Positions 20,208 through 28,454 are shown, numbered from the stretch's first letter. The stretch: DNA of 64,000 bases from an uncultured Candidatus Saccharibacteria bacterium (GCA_964582295.1 CAZOQP010000001.1:9588-73587), one strand, 5' to 3'. Program-made: numbers and translations. Notes: generated by a model not told the origin, from the letters alone.

Positions 20208-21455
20208 TTAGAAGTTATAAATTATAAGATGTTCAACCTCCCTATCATTACGACCTTTTATATTGTACAAATAAGTTTTATCGAAAGTCTTAATTTTAAT
20301 ATTTAACCTGTTTTTATATAAACCTAAAATAAATGGGGTTTTTTTGATTATCAGGATAAATTTTGCTTTTGTTTTATATAAGCAATTAGCTAATCTTTTC
20401 TGATCATTCTTATCAAAAGATTGTTTTTCGTAATCACTAAAATCTGTATCGTATGGTGGATCTAGAAAGATAAAATCTTTTGGTGATAAATCTGTTTTTT
20501 TAATTATCTCTTCAAAATCTACATTTTTAATAGAAGTATTTTTAAAAATTCTTTCTATATTCTCACTTAATATATAGTCAACTTTTTTACGAAAATCTTT
20601 TGAATTATAAGCTATGCCTCCGTAAGGAATATTAAAATGACCCTTGGAATTAAACCTAAACATTGAACCATAGCAAAATTCTCTTACAAAATAATAATTT
20701 GCAATCTTTTTTGATAAAGAAGTCGGATATCTATTTCCATTAAAATTCATCACATCCCTAAAGTGCATGTAGAAACCACTTCTAAACGCTGTTTCAATAT
20801 TCATACGTAGATCTCTGTCATCTATATTCCCTCGCTTTATTTCGATTTCCTTCACCCTCCCAAGTTTAGATATTAGGTTAGAAATGATTTGTTTTAATAG
20901 GTTCTGGTCATCAAGACAAAAACTTTTATGGAATAGTCCATTAAATTTCTTCTCCTCAGCTTTTAGGTAATTATTTACAATATTTTTTAAATTCTCCTTG
21001 GTGATTTTGTCTTTTTTGAAATCAGAATATAATTTTATTAATTTGTCCTCAAAAATATCAATATACTTTGGTATTTTTTCCCAATTATCAACGTAATCAT
21101 AAATTTCTTTTTTAAATTCTTTTTTATTTTTTTCTCCTTTTATAAATTTATAGAAAAAAACTAATTCTTCGCAGATATCGCTTACCACTGCTTCTTTGGG
21201 CTGCAATCTCAAAAAAACTGCACCGCCACCAAAAAATGGTTCTATATATCTATCAAAATCTGGGATTAAATGTTGTATGTATTTAAACTCTTCTGACTTA
21301 CCCCCCGGCCATTTAATAAGAGGCCTGGCATACACGGACTGATTTCCCAAGATGTCACCGCCATTAAAAAACCTAGATTCTTGTAGTACACTCCGATGCT
21401 TTTTATATGATGACAACGTACTCTTTTTTTTAGACCCAAAAAGAATTATCCCCAT
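20208..21455 (-). CDS. Dam-family (D12 class) N6-adenine DNA methyltransferase
   Basis: 415 aa with KWPGGK...EPFFGGGAV (AdoMet binding) and DPPY catalytic motif (FLDPPYDTDF). Confidence 0.85.
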   Translation of the reverse strand: MGIILFGSKKKSTLSSYKKHRSVLQESRFFNGGDILGNQSVYARPLIKWPGGKSEEFKYIQHLIPDFDRYIEPFFGGGAVFLRLQPKEAVVSDICEELVFFYKFIKGEKNKKEFKKEIYDYVDNWEKIPKYIDIFEDKLIKLYSDFKKDKITKENLKNIVNNYLKAEEKKFNGLFHKSFCLDDQNLLKQIISNLISKLGRVKEIEIKRGNIDDRDLRMNIETAFRSGFYMHFRDVMNFNGNRYPTSLSKKIANYYFVREFCYGSMFRFNSKGHFNIPYGGIAYNSKDFRKKVDYILSENIERIFKNTSIKNVDFEEIIKKTDLSPKDFIFLDPPYDTDFSDYEKQSFDKNDQKRLANCLYKTKAKFILIIKKTPFILGLYKNRLNIKIKTFDKTYLYNIKGRNDREVEHLIIYNF

Positions 21456-21542
21456 AGTTTAATTATATATGAAACATATCCACAAAAAGTAAGGGCTGTG
21501 GATCAATTTTAAGAACATATACCCTAAAAGTTAAGGCGGTTT

Positions 21543-21995
21543 TTGGGAATTACAACCACATATCGACTCTATGTATACAACATTATTGGTCGTCGTGGGG
21601 ATATTGTTCCGATATTAGAACCTAAAATGCAGCTCAAATTCGAGAATCTTGATAAAAGTAAACAGAAATTAAGAGCTATCTACAAAGTTCACTCAGATTG
21701 GTTTGAGGTGCTTCAACCCAAGCCTACTAAGAGTAGGAATAATGTGGATTATTCCATCCAACTCAAAAGACTCCAGCTGCAACCTGGAAGATGGCCGCGT
21801 ATGAATAAAGATTACCTTTGTTCTCCCTATCAAAATCCGCTGAAGGGTTGTTACTGCCGAAGAGATGAGGACGCTGAGGAGTGCGAAGACGAGCCAATTC
21901 ATGAGTTAATTATAGCCCTCCTTGGAGATATTCGAGAAATTCACATGGCAGTAAAGATTAGCTGCTATAATATTAACTGTGACAACATCCCATGA
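21543..21995 (+). CDS. hypothetical Cys-rich protein
   Basis: 150-aa ORF in the AT-rich island, overlapping the start of the next gene by 4 nt. No recognised domain. Confidence 0.45.
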   Translation: MGITTTYRLYVYNIIGRRGDIVPILEPKMQLKFENLDKSKQKLRAIYKVHSDWFEVLQPKPTKSRNNVDYSIQLKRLQLQPGRWPRMNKDYLCSPYQNPLKGCYCRRDEDAEECEDEPIHELIIALLGDIREIHMAVKISCYNINCDNIP

Positions 21996-22627
21996 TCATG
22001 CATAAATTAAATTCAAAAAATAAATATGCATTCACGACTGATAAGCTAATCCGCCAAGAACTGAAGAAAACGATTGAAAAGAGATATAAGGACGCGCCTG
22101 TGAGAATTATCGAGGAGTTTGGTTTAGATGATCATGCTACGCGAATTGATATTGCTGTAGTAAATGGAATTTTACATGGTTATGAAATCAAGAGTGACTT
22201 GGATACACTAGGGAGGTTGCCGAAGCAAATGAGTTCTTATAACTCTATTTTCGACCAAATAACTTTGGTTGTTGGAACCCAGCATCTTTATGATGCTTTC
22301 AATATTGTGCCAGACCATTGGGGCATCATGGTCGCTAAGATAGATGGAAAAGGCTCTGTATATTTCAATCACATACGGACAGCCTCTGAGAATACCTCCC
22401 AAGAGAAACTTCCAATAGCAAGACTTCTGTGGAGAGATGAAGCCATCCATTTACTTGAAGATATTGGTTGCGCGCGAGGATATAAGAGTAAGTCAAAAGA
22501 TTTAATTCATAGCAGAATTTCTGATCTTCTTGATCTGAATACTCTCAAAGAAAGAGTGCGCGAGACGCTACTTCTTTCTAGGACTGATTGGAGAGCTGGG
22601 ACAGTACCAGTGCTATATGGTGACTAA
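21992..22627 (+). CDS. sce7726-family-like protein with PD-(D/E)XK nuclease motif
   Basis: 211 aa. RIDIAVVNGILHGYEIKSDLDTLGRLPKQ fits a D-x12-E-I-K restriction-endonuclease-like core. Family resemblance is from memory. Confidence 0.55.
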   Translation: MIMHKLNSKNKYAFTTDKLIRQELKKTIEKRYKDAPVRIIEEFGLDDHATRIDIAVVNGILHGYEIKSDLDTLGRLPKQMSSYNSIFDQITLVVGTQHLYDAFNIVPDHWGIMVAKIDGKGSVYFNHIRTASENTSQEKLPIARLLWRDEAIHLLEDIGCARGYKSKSKDLIHSRISDLLDLNTLKERVRETLLLSRTDWRAGTVPVLYGD

Positions 22628-23759
22628 TCCCTGCTGAGATCCAGTAGGTTGCTGCACCAGTTCCCTTACCTTTATTTTTTTCATCTTTCTTAACAAGTTC
22701 CATATAGGCAGGAAAATAATCTGACTTTTCTTTTATGCGCCTGTCGCCTTCGCTGAAAGCTTCCCCATAAAAGAAGGTACTATCATTCACGAGTTGTTGC
22801 GCATGTGCCAGATACTGATCGTTTCTCTTCTTCTCGCCTCTAAATATTATCCAGTTATTCTCGTGAGTGTATTTCAGCGTTGCAGACGCTTGCATGTATC
22901 GCAGTGCCTCGCTATGCATTGGATAGCGTATCGTATAATCTCCAAAAATTGGTTCTCGCACGAGTTTCCTGCCTTTTTTTGCAGCTAACCATAACTGCCA
23001 GTCATTGCGCGCCTCCATGCATGGACTATCTTCCACTTTGAGATGCCCGACATTCACAGGAAATGATCCGCTAGCAAAGATGACTGCTCTCCAAGCACTT
23101 AGGTTATGAATTTCCTGCACGTTTGAGAACAATTCTGCATATGACGCTTTTGTAGCATCATCGAGATATTTAATATCTAGGAGTAAATCTATTTGGTTTT
23201 CTTTGATGCCGGTCTCAACAACAAAGCTTCTCAATTTTGAGTTCAGATCATCAACCTTTTTCAAATCTGATAGCGTAACTCGTATGCAGATACCAACGAT
23301 AGTGCCTTTCTTGAACTGCTGCACAATTTCGTTCGCAACTTCCTTATCATCGTTTAAGTAGACTACAGGTCTTATATCTACTCCTTTTGCGTGACAAGTT
23401 TCAGCAACCTTTTGGACGCTCTCGACCTTGAGATTTGTTGTTCCAGCTCCATCGTGGATAAGATTGAAATCAATGGTTGCGCTTAGCTTGCCACGGCATT
23501 TTTCAATCTCATCCGGAATTTCCTTCAGACGAAAGTTTTTATACTTCTGAACCACCTCGTTATGTATCTCTTCTTCCGATTTACGAACTCTGGTCTTCTT
23601 ACCTTCAATAACAACAGTTTTATCCTGTGAAACACCGGGTAATACAATTTCAAGAACAGGGAGCAGATTGGCTCTATCTTTTTCAGGAACATTCGTCAAA
23701 GCCGCGATCTCAGCAGCTCGCCATTTAAGAATTGGGCTGTATAAGTAATTTTCTTTCAT
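22578..23759 (-). CDS. sce7725-family-like (beta-protein-like) partner protein
   Basis: 393 aa. N-terminus YSPILKWRAAEIAALTNV...LPVLEIV. Convergent with, and overlapping, the sce7726-like gene. Assignment tentative. Confidence 0.5.
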   Translation of the reverse strand: MKENYLYSPILKWRAAEIAALTNVPEKDRANLLPVLEIVLPGVSQDKTVVIEGKKTRVRKSEEEIHNEVVQKYKNFRLKEIPDEIEKCRGKLSATIDFNLIHDGAGTTNLKVESVQKVAETCHAKGVDIRPVVYLNDDKEVANEIVQQFKKGTIVGICIRVTLSDLKKVDDLNSKLRSFVVETGIKENQIDLLLDIKYLDDATKASYAELFSNVQEIHNLSAWRAVIFASGSFPVNVGHLKVEDSPCMEARNDWQLWLAAKKGRKLVREPIFGDYTIRYPMHSEALRYMQASATLKYTHENNWIIFRGEKKRNDQYLAHAQQLVNDSTFFYGEAFSEGDRRIKEKSDYFPAYMELVKKDEKNKGKGTGAATYWISAGISHHIALVLSQLSNQS

Positions 23760-23764
23760 ATCAG

Positions 23765-24997
23765 TTAAGCTGAATTAAATTCAGGAAAATACTTACGAAC
23801 TTTCGCTTCGCCAACTACTTTGCTCAGACGTTTGAAATCTCTTTCAAACCGCATTCTTCCCGCGATGATAGCAACATGTACACCCAATTCCTTTGCCAAA
23901 GATGTTGCGGCAGTCTTGGATGGAATTAGTTTTGCGGGGCTAATTTCCCATTTCTCCGTAGGAACAAGTGCTTCACCGGCCAAGCTATCTGCTTCGTGCT
24001 CCATTACTCCAATATCTCTACCTTTGATTTCATCGAGTTCGTCATAAAACAACTCACTATCGTTGTTCATGTGAAGTGCAACATGAGCCAACTCGTGCAT
24101 GAGCGTAAACCAGAAGTTATCTATACGGTCGTACCTAAGTGTCAGCCCTATTATAGGATTGTCTTTATTAAGGAAGATTGCCGCTCCGTCAAGTTTCGTT
24201 TTTTTAAACTGTTTTTCAATAACCAAAATAATTCCGTTATCTAGGAGAAACTTTTGCGCCAGAATCGGCGCACCGTCCTTAACACTTAGCTTGGCGAGAT
24301 CTTTCATGAAGTTGAGATTTACCGTGCTAGATTTATATTTCTTCTGTACTTTAACTTTTTGCGCTTTATAGAGGACGCAACCAAGCCACGCCGCGAGAGC
24401 TTGTTTATTTGTTGTTGGAGAAGTTCGGTAGTTTGTTTGTCTAAGCAAAGCACCAAAGTTCAGACTTGCATGATTAAGTGGTGAGAAAAATCTAGAGACT
24501 ACAGCCATTCGACTATCTTCTTTGGGACTGGTATCGTTGAGATACCCACGACTTTTTATTTCCTTGATGACGTCTAGGTGTATGTTTTCAAAGAGATCTT
24601 CTGTCTCTTCTGCAGGCTGTATAAGCACCTTAGCAGGTATACTTAGTTCTTTTTCAAGAGTACGGATCATTTTAAGAGTTAGAGGCGTTTTTCCAGAAAA
24701 TACTTCTGACACCTTACTCTTGCTGCCAATGTAGTGAACCATGTCAGAATCTTTGAGACCCATTTGTTCCATTCTGAACTTGATAGCCTCGACAGGATCA
24801 GGGAGAGAAGAAGGAAAATGGCTCTTTTCATAATCCTCAATCAAGGTGGCTAGCAGGTGGAGTTTGTCTGCTTCAGCAGAACCATTTTTTGGATTCATCA
24901 AAATTAGGCTCTCAAGTATTGCAAGAGCTTCCTTGTGATCTGCTTCTGTTTTAATTATTTTTATTTCCATAAAATTAAGTGATTTTCCACTTTTCAT
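23765..24997 (-). CDS. HigA-like XRE-HTH antitoxin fused to ImmA/IrrE-family Zn-metallopeptidase
   Basis: 410 aa with an N-terminal HTH and a C-terminal HEXXH (HELAHVALH) COG2856-type domain. Confidence 0.75.
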   Translation of the reverse strand: MKSGKSLNFMEIKIIKTEADHKEALAILESLILMNPKNGSAEADKLHLLATLIEDYEKSHFPSSLPDPVEAIKFRMEQMGLKDSDMVHYIGSKSKVSEVFSGKTPLTLKMIRTLEKELSIPAKVLIQPAEETEDLFENIHLDVIKEIKSRGYLNDTSPKEDSRMAVVSRFFSPLNHASLNFGALLRQTNYRTSPTTNKQALAAWLGCVLYKAQKVKVQKKYKSSTVNLNFMKDLAKLSVKDGAPILAQKFLLDNGIILVIEKQFKKTKLDGAAIFLNKDNPIIGLTLRYDRIDNFWFTLMHELAHVALHMNNDSELFYDELDEIKGRDIGVMEHEADSLAGEALVPTEKWEISPAKLIPSKTAATSLAKELGVHVAIIAGRMRFERDFKRLSKVVGEAKVRKYFPEFNSA

Positions 24998-25262
24998 ATT
25001 CAGTGTGAGTGCCGATTTTCTTGACCAAAACCATCTGATTTTCGTAATCGATAATCACCCACAGCCGGTACCTGTTGCCACATATGTTAAATATCGTGCT
25101 CTTGTTTCCCACGGAGTCTGCAGTCGGGAATTTCTGCTTCAGTTCGTGAGGGGTCTTCCATGAGGCATCCTCGATTTCGCTCTCCCAGCTTTCGATCTTG
25201 CTCTTTGCGTCTGTATGCTGCCGTTTGAAGTCGTGCAGGGGTTGCTTACCTAGTAATATCAT
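24975..25262 (-). CDS. higB: HigB-family type II toxin (RelE/ParE superfamily)
   Basis: 95 aa. IFNICGNRYRLWVIIDYENQMVLVKKIGTHTEYEK matches the HigB signature. Sits upstream of, and overlaps, the HTH gene as in higBA. Confidence 0.8.
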   Translation of the reverse strand: MILLGKQPLHDFKRQHTDAKSKIESWESEIEDASWKTPHELKQKFPTADSVGNKSTIFNICGNRYRLWVIIDYENQMVLVKKIGTHTEYEKWKIT

Positions 25263-25289
25263 GGCTTGTAACGATATTTCACATTTATA

Positions 25290-25310
25290 ATTGTTCCCGA
25301 TTCAGGAACA
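25290..25310. promoter_or_regulatory. palindrome TTGTTCC-cgattca-GGAACAA upstream of higB (candidate operator)
   Basis: 7-bp inverted repeat about 30 bp upstream of the higB start. Confidence 0.35.
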
Positions 25311-25448
25311 ATACTCTATGTGATAGACTAATGCAAGCGTTTCAAAAGAAGGAAATGGTTTAGGAGATCAGTCAATACCGTTCCCTTTTTAAGTTACTAA
25401 ACTATAAACGTAAGAACCGACATTTTATGCCGGTTCAAGCATTGAAAT

Positions 25449-25617
25449 CAGGCGGAGGGGATGGGAATTTCACTGCTCGCCCCTCGGCAAGCTCGGGGCT
25501 GCGCTTTAAAACCTGCGGGTTTTAAAGTTTCCACCACGGGAAACTCCCGTTTCCCGACCTCATCGAGTCTGAGGACTCTCAGAGTCTAAACGACCCTTCC
25601 CCGGTTCAAATCCCATC
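25449..25617. repeat. hairpin-rich element built from inverted partial copies of the tRNA-Ser 3' end
   Basis: GGCGGAGGGGATGGGAATTT (5' end) and GGTTCAAATCCCATCCCC (3' end) are inverted and direct near-copies of the tRNA-Ser T-arm/acceptor. Internal perfect hairpins: CTTTAAAACC-tgcg-GGTTTTAAAG, GGGAAAC-tccc-GTTTCCC, GAGTCTGAGGACTC. Confidence 0.6.
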
Positions 25618-25663
25618 CCCATAAACAATTTTAAAATATCAAAAGATATTGAAAATTGTCTTG

Positions 25664-25752
25664 CGGAGGGGATGGGATTTGAACCCATGCGGGATGTATT
25701 AGACCCCGACGGTTTAGCAAACCGTTCCGTTAGACCGCTCCGGCACCCCTCC
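25664..25752 (-). tRNA. tRNA-Ser (anticodon GCU), class II with long variable arm, CCA not encoded
   Basis: The reverse complement reads GGAGGGGTGCCGGAGCGGTCTAACGGAACGGTTTGCTAAACCGT CGGGGTCTAATACATCCCGCATGGGTTCAAATCCCATCCCCTCCG. Anticodon loop UUGCUAA. Confidence 0.85.
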
Positions 25753-25828
25753 ATTGCTCCGCCAATTTATCACATTTTCCCCTTCTTTTCTCCTCAATTT
25801 CCATTCCAATCCCTTTCACCTCTCCCAC

Positions 25829-25876
25829 CCCACAATCTATTCCAGTATTCTCAAGAATACTGGAATAGATTGTGGG
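25829..25876. promoter_or_regulatory. 48-bp palindrome (22-bp perfect stems, loop TCAA) upstream of the ArsR-family regulator
   Basis: CCACAATCTATTCCAGTATTC-tcaa-GAATACTGGAATAGATTGTGG, about 55 bp upstream of the regulator start. Confidence 0.5.
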
Positions 25877-25930
25877 TATGATATAAAATTTATGGGTGTA
25901 AAATTTGCAGGTATAGATATAAATATACAT

Positions 25931-26200
25931 ATGAAAAATTTTAGACAACTCGAGCGATTGGTAAAAGGATTCGCCAATCACCGTAGAATCGAGATCCTCA
26001 ATCTTCTCGATAAGACTCCGGAACTTTCAGTATTTGAGGTTGCCGAAAGATTGAAGATCAACTTCAAGACTGCTTCAGAACACATCCTCCGTCTTGCTAT
26101 CGCCGGCCTGGTGGTGAAAAGAAACGAAGGAAATAACGTGCGACATGCACTTACCAACACCGGAAAATCTATTCTCAAATTCTTGAGAAGACTAGAATAG
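25931..26200 (+). CDS. ArsR/SmtB-family winged-helix transcriptional regulator
   Basis: Start set at the internal ATG (MKNFRQLERLVKGFANHRRIEILNLL...VFEVAERL...RHAL). The track ORF 25754..26200 runs through the upstream palindrome. Confidence 0.7.
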   Translation: MKNFRQLERLVKGFANHRRIEILNLLDKTPELSVFEVAERLKINFKTASEHILRLAIAGLVVKRNEGNNVRHALTNTGKSILKFLRRLE

Positions 26201-26253
26201 ATTTGGATAATAATTGTCCTGATCTTCTTATATTCATTTAGTACAATACCGCC

Positions 26254-28380
26254 ATGCTTGATGAACTCTTTCGACTGAATCCGGCTCAGAAATCCGCCCT
26301 GAAAAAACTGGGTATCACTTCCGTTGAATCTCTCCTTTACCATATCCCCACGCGCTACGCTTCTTTTGATGGGAATAATTCCATAGCGAGCGCGCGGGCA
26401 GGAGAAGATATCGCGCTCATAGTAAACATAGAAAAAATAGAGACCAAAAAAGGATTCCGCTCAAAAATACCAATGGCAACAGGGCGCGTATCAGACCCCA
26501 CAGGGAAAATGGACGTAGTGTGGCTTCGCCAGCCGTACATTGCACGCATGTATCTTGCCGGTTCCACCATAAAAATCTCTGGCAAAGTTTCGGAAAGGAA
26601 CGGAAAGATCTCAATGGTGAACCCTAAAGTGCATCCGCTCACAGGAGAAGAGAACACTCCAATCTTTAGCGGCAAAGAAGGAGAAAGTTTGACTCCTGTA
26701 TATGCGGAAAGCCGCGGAGTGACAAGCGAATGGCTGCGGAATGCGGCTATTCGTCTCATAAAAAACAAACTGCATGAAGCTATAGAAGATCCAATACCGC
26801 CGGAAATGCTTTCTCGTTTTAATCTGCCTACTTTGAAAACCGCTTTTGTGTGGGCGCACATGCCGAAAAAACACGAGCACGCAGAAGCCGCTCGCAAGCG
26901 CTTTGCATTTGAAGAAGTTTTTTTCATACAGTTGGAAAAGCAGAAAGAGCGTGCGGAATGGCAAGCCCATCAGGCATTCGTTATTGAACCGGCAGAAGAA
27001 ACAGAAAGATTCATGGAATCGTTCCCCTACTCGCTCACGGCGGGACAGAAAAAAGCTATTGCGGATATTTTCGGGGATTTTGGCTCGGGTCGGCCGATGG
27101 CGCGGCTTCTTGAAGGCGACGTCGGCTCCGGCAAGACGGCCGTGGCGGCCGCCACGGCCTACGCCACTATCCGCACCCGGCCCAAAGGGCAAACTTTCGG
27201 AGCGCTTCAGGTGGCATACATGGCGCCCACAGAAATACTGGCATCCCAGCATTTTGAATCCTTCATACAATATTTTGTGGGTTCAGGAATTCAGATAGGC
27301 CTCATTACCGGTTCCGGCTGCAGAAAATTCCCGTCCAAAATAAAACGAGACGGCTGGACGGATATTTCCAGAACACAATTATTGAAATGGGTTGAGAACG
27401 GAGAAATACCAATTCTCATAGGTACGCATGCGCTCATACAAAAATCCGTGAAATTCAAACACTTGGCATATGCTGTGGTGGACGAGCAGCACCGCTTCGG
27501 CACGCGCCAGCGCGCGGCCTTGATACAAAAAGACGGCCGCGCGCCGCATCTTCTCTCCATGACAGCCACCCCTATTCCCCGCACATTGGCTCTCACGGTG
27601 TTTGGCGATCTTGATCTCACAGTGTTAGACGAAATGCCGCCGGGACGCAAACCAATAATGACCAAAATAGTGCCGCCGGATCAAAGATTTCATGCATATG
27701 AAGAAGTACGAAAGGAATTGACAGCGGGCAGGCAGGCGTATGTAATCTGCCCGCGTATAGACGAGCCGGATCCGGACAAGGAAATGGCAGTGCAGGCAAA
27801 ATCGGTGAAAGAAGAAGCGGCACGCCTCAAGAAAGAAGTTTTTCCTGAATACGAGATAGGAATTTTGCACAGCAAGATGAAGCCCTCGGAAAAAGATGAA
27901 GTAATGAAAGAATTTTCGGAAGGGCGCATACATATTTTGGTCGCAACATCGGTTGTGGAAGTGGGAGTGAACGTTCCGAATGCCACGTCTATCATCATTG
28001 AAGGTGCAGAAAGGTTCGGCCTGGCACAGCTTCATCAGCTGCGCGGACGTGTGGTGAGAAGCACTCATCAATCACGCTGTTTCGTGTTCTCTGAAGGAAC
28101 GAGTGAAAATACTTTTAGACGTCTGAAATCTTTTGAAAAAGCCAAAAATGGTTTTGAATTGGCTGAATTTGACCTGGAAACACGCGGTGCGGGAGACCTT
28201 GCAGGCGACAAGCAGTGGGGAGTTACCGACCTCGGTATGGAAGCCCTTAAAAATATAAAGATGGTTGAAGCGGCACGGAACGAAGCCAAAACCATAATTG
28301 AAAGCGATCCGGAGCTTTCAAAACATCCATCTCTCCAATCTCACCTGTCCGGACGCCGAACTAAAATTCATTTGGAATAG
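26254..28380 (+). CDS. recG: ATP-dependent DNA helicase RecG
   Basis: 708 aa with wedge domain, Walker A GDVGSGKT, DEQH box and a C-terminal helicase domain. Confidence 0.93.
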   Translation: MLDELFRLNPAQKSALKKLGITSVESLLYHIPTRYASFDGNNSIASARAGEDIALIVNIEKIETKKGFRSKIPMATGRVSDPTGKMDVVWLRQPYIARMYLAGSTIKISGKVSERNGKISMVNPKVHPLTGEENTPIFSGKEGESLTPVYAESRGVTSEWLRNAAIRLIKNKLHEAIEDPIPPEMLSRFNLPTLKTAFVWAHMPKKHEHAEAARKRFAFEEVFFIQLEKQKERAEWQAHQAFVIEPAEETERFMESFPYSLTAGQKKAIADIFGDFGSGRPMARLLEGDVGSGKTAVAAATAYATIRTRPKGQTFGALQVAYMAPTEILASQHFESFIQYFVGSGIQIGLITGSGCRKFPSKIKRDGWTDISRTQLLKWVENGEIPILIGTHALIQKSVKFKHLAYAVVDEQHRFGTRQRAALIQKDGRAPHLLSMTATPIPRTLALTVFGDLDLTVLDEMPPGRKPIMTKIVPPDQRFHAYEEVRKELTAGRQAYVICPRIDEPDPDKEMAVQAKSVKEEAARLKKEVFPEYEIGILHSKMKPSEKDEVMKEFSEGRIHILVATSVVEVGVNVPNATSIIIEGAERFGLAQLHQLRGRVVRSTHQSRCFVFSEGTSENTFRRLKSFEKAKNGFELAEFDLETRGAGDLAGDKQWGVTDLGMEALKNIKMVEAARNEAKTIIESDPELSKHPSLQSHLSGRRTKIHLE

Positions 28381-28454
28381 TCCGCCCGCTTGGACTTGAA
28401 CCAAGGACCCTCGAGGTATAAGCTCGATGCTCTAACCAACTGAGCTACGGGCGG
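28381..28454 (-). tRNA. tRNA-Ile (anticodon UAU), CCA not encoded
   Basis: Canonical cloverleaf: CCGCCCG-TA-GCTC-AGTTGGTTA-GAGC-A-TCGAG-CTTATAC-CTCGA-GGGTC-CTTGG-TTCAAGT-CCAAG-CGGGCGG-A. Anticodon positions 34-36 are UAU. Confidence 0.8.

Noticed and set aside
25449-25617. Intact second tRNA gene next to tRNA-Ser.
   Set aside because: Only the T-arm and acceptor portions are tRNA-like and they occur as inverted partial copies. There are no D or anticodon arms. It is treated as a derived repeat.
25754-25930. Upstream extension of the ArsR-like ORF.
   Set aside because: It reads through the 48-bp palindrome and tRNA-flanking sequence. The HTH domain starts after the internal ATG at 25931.
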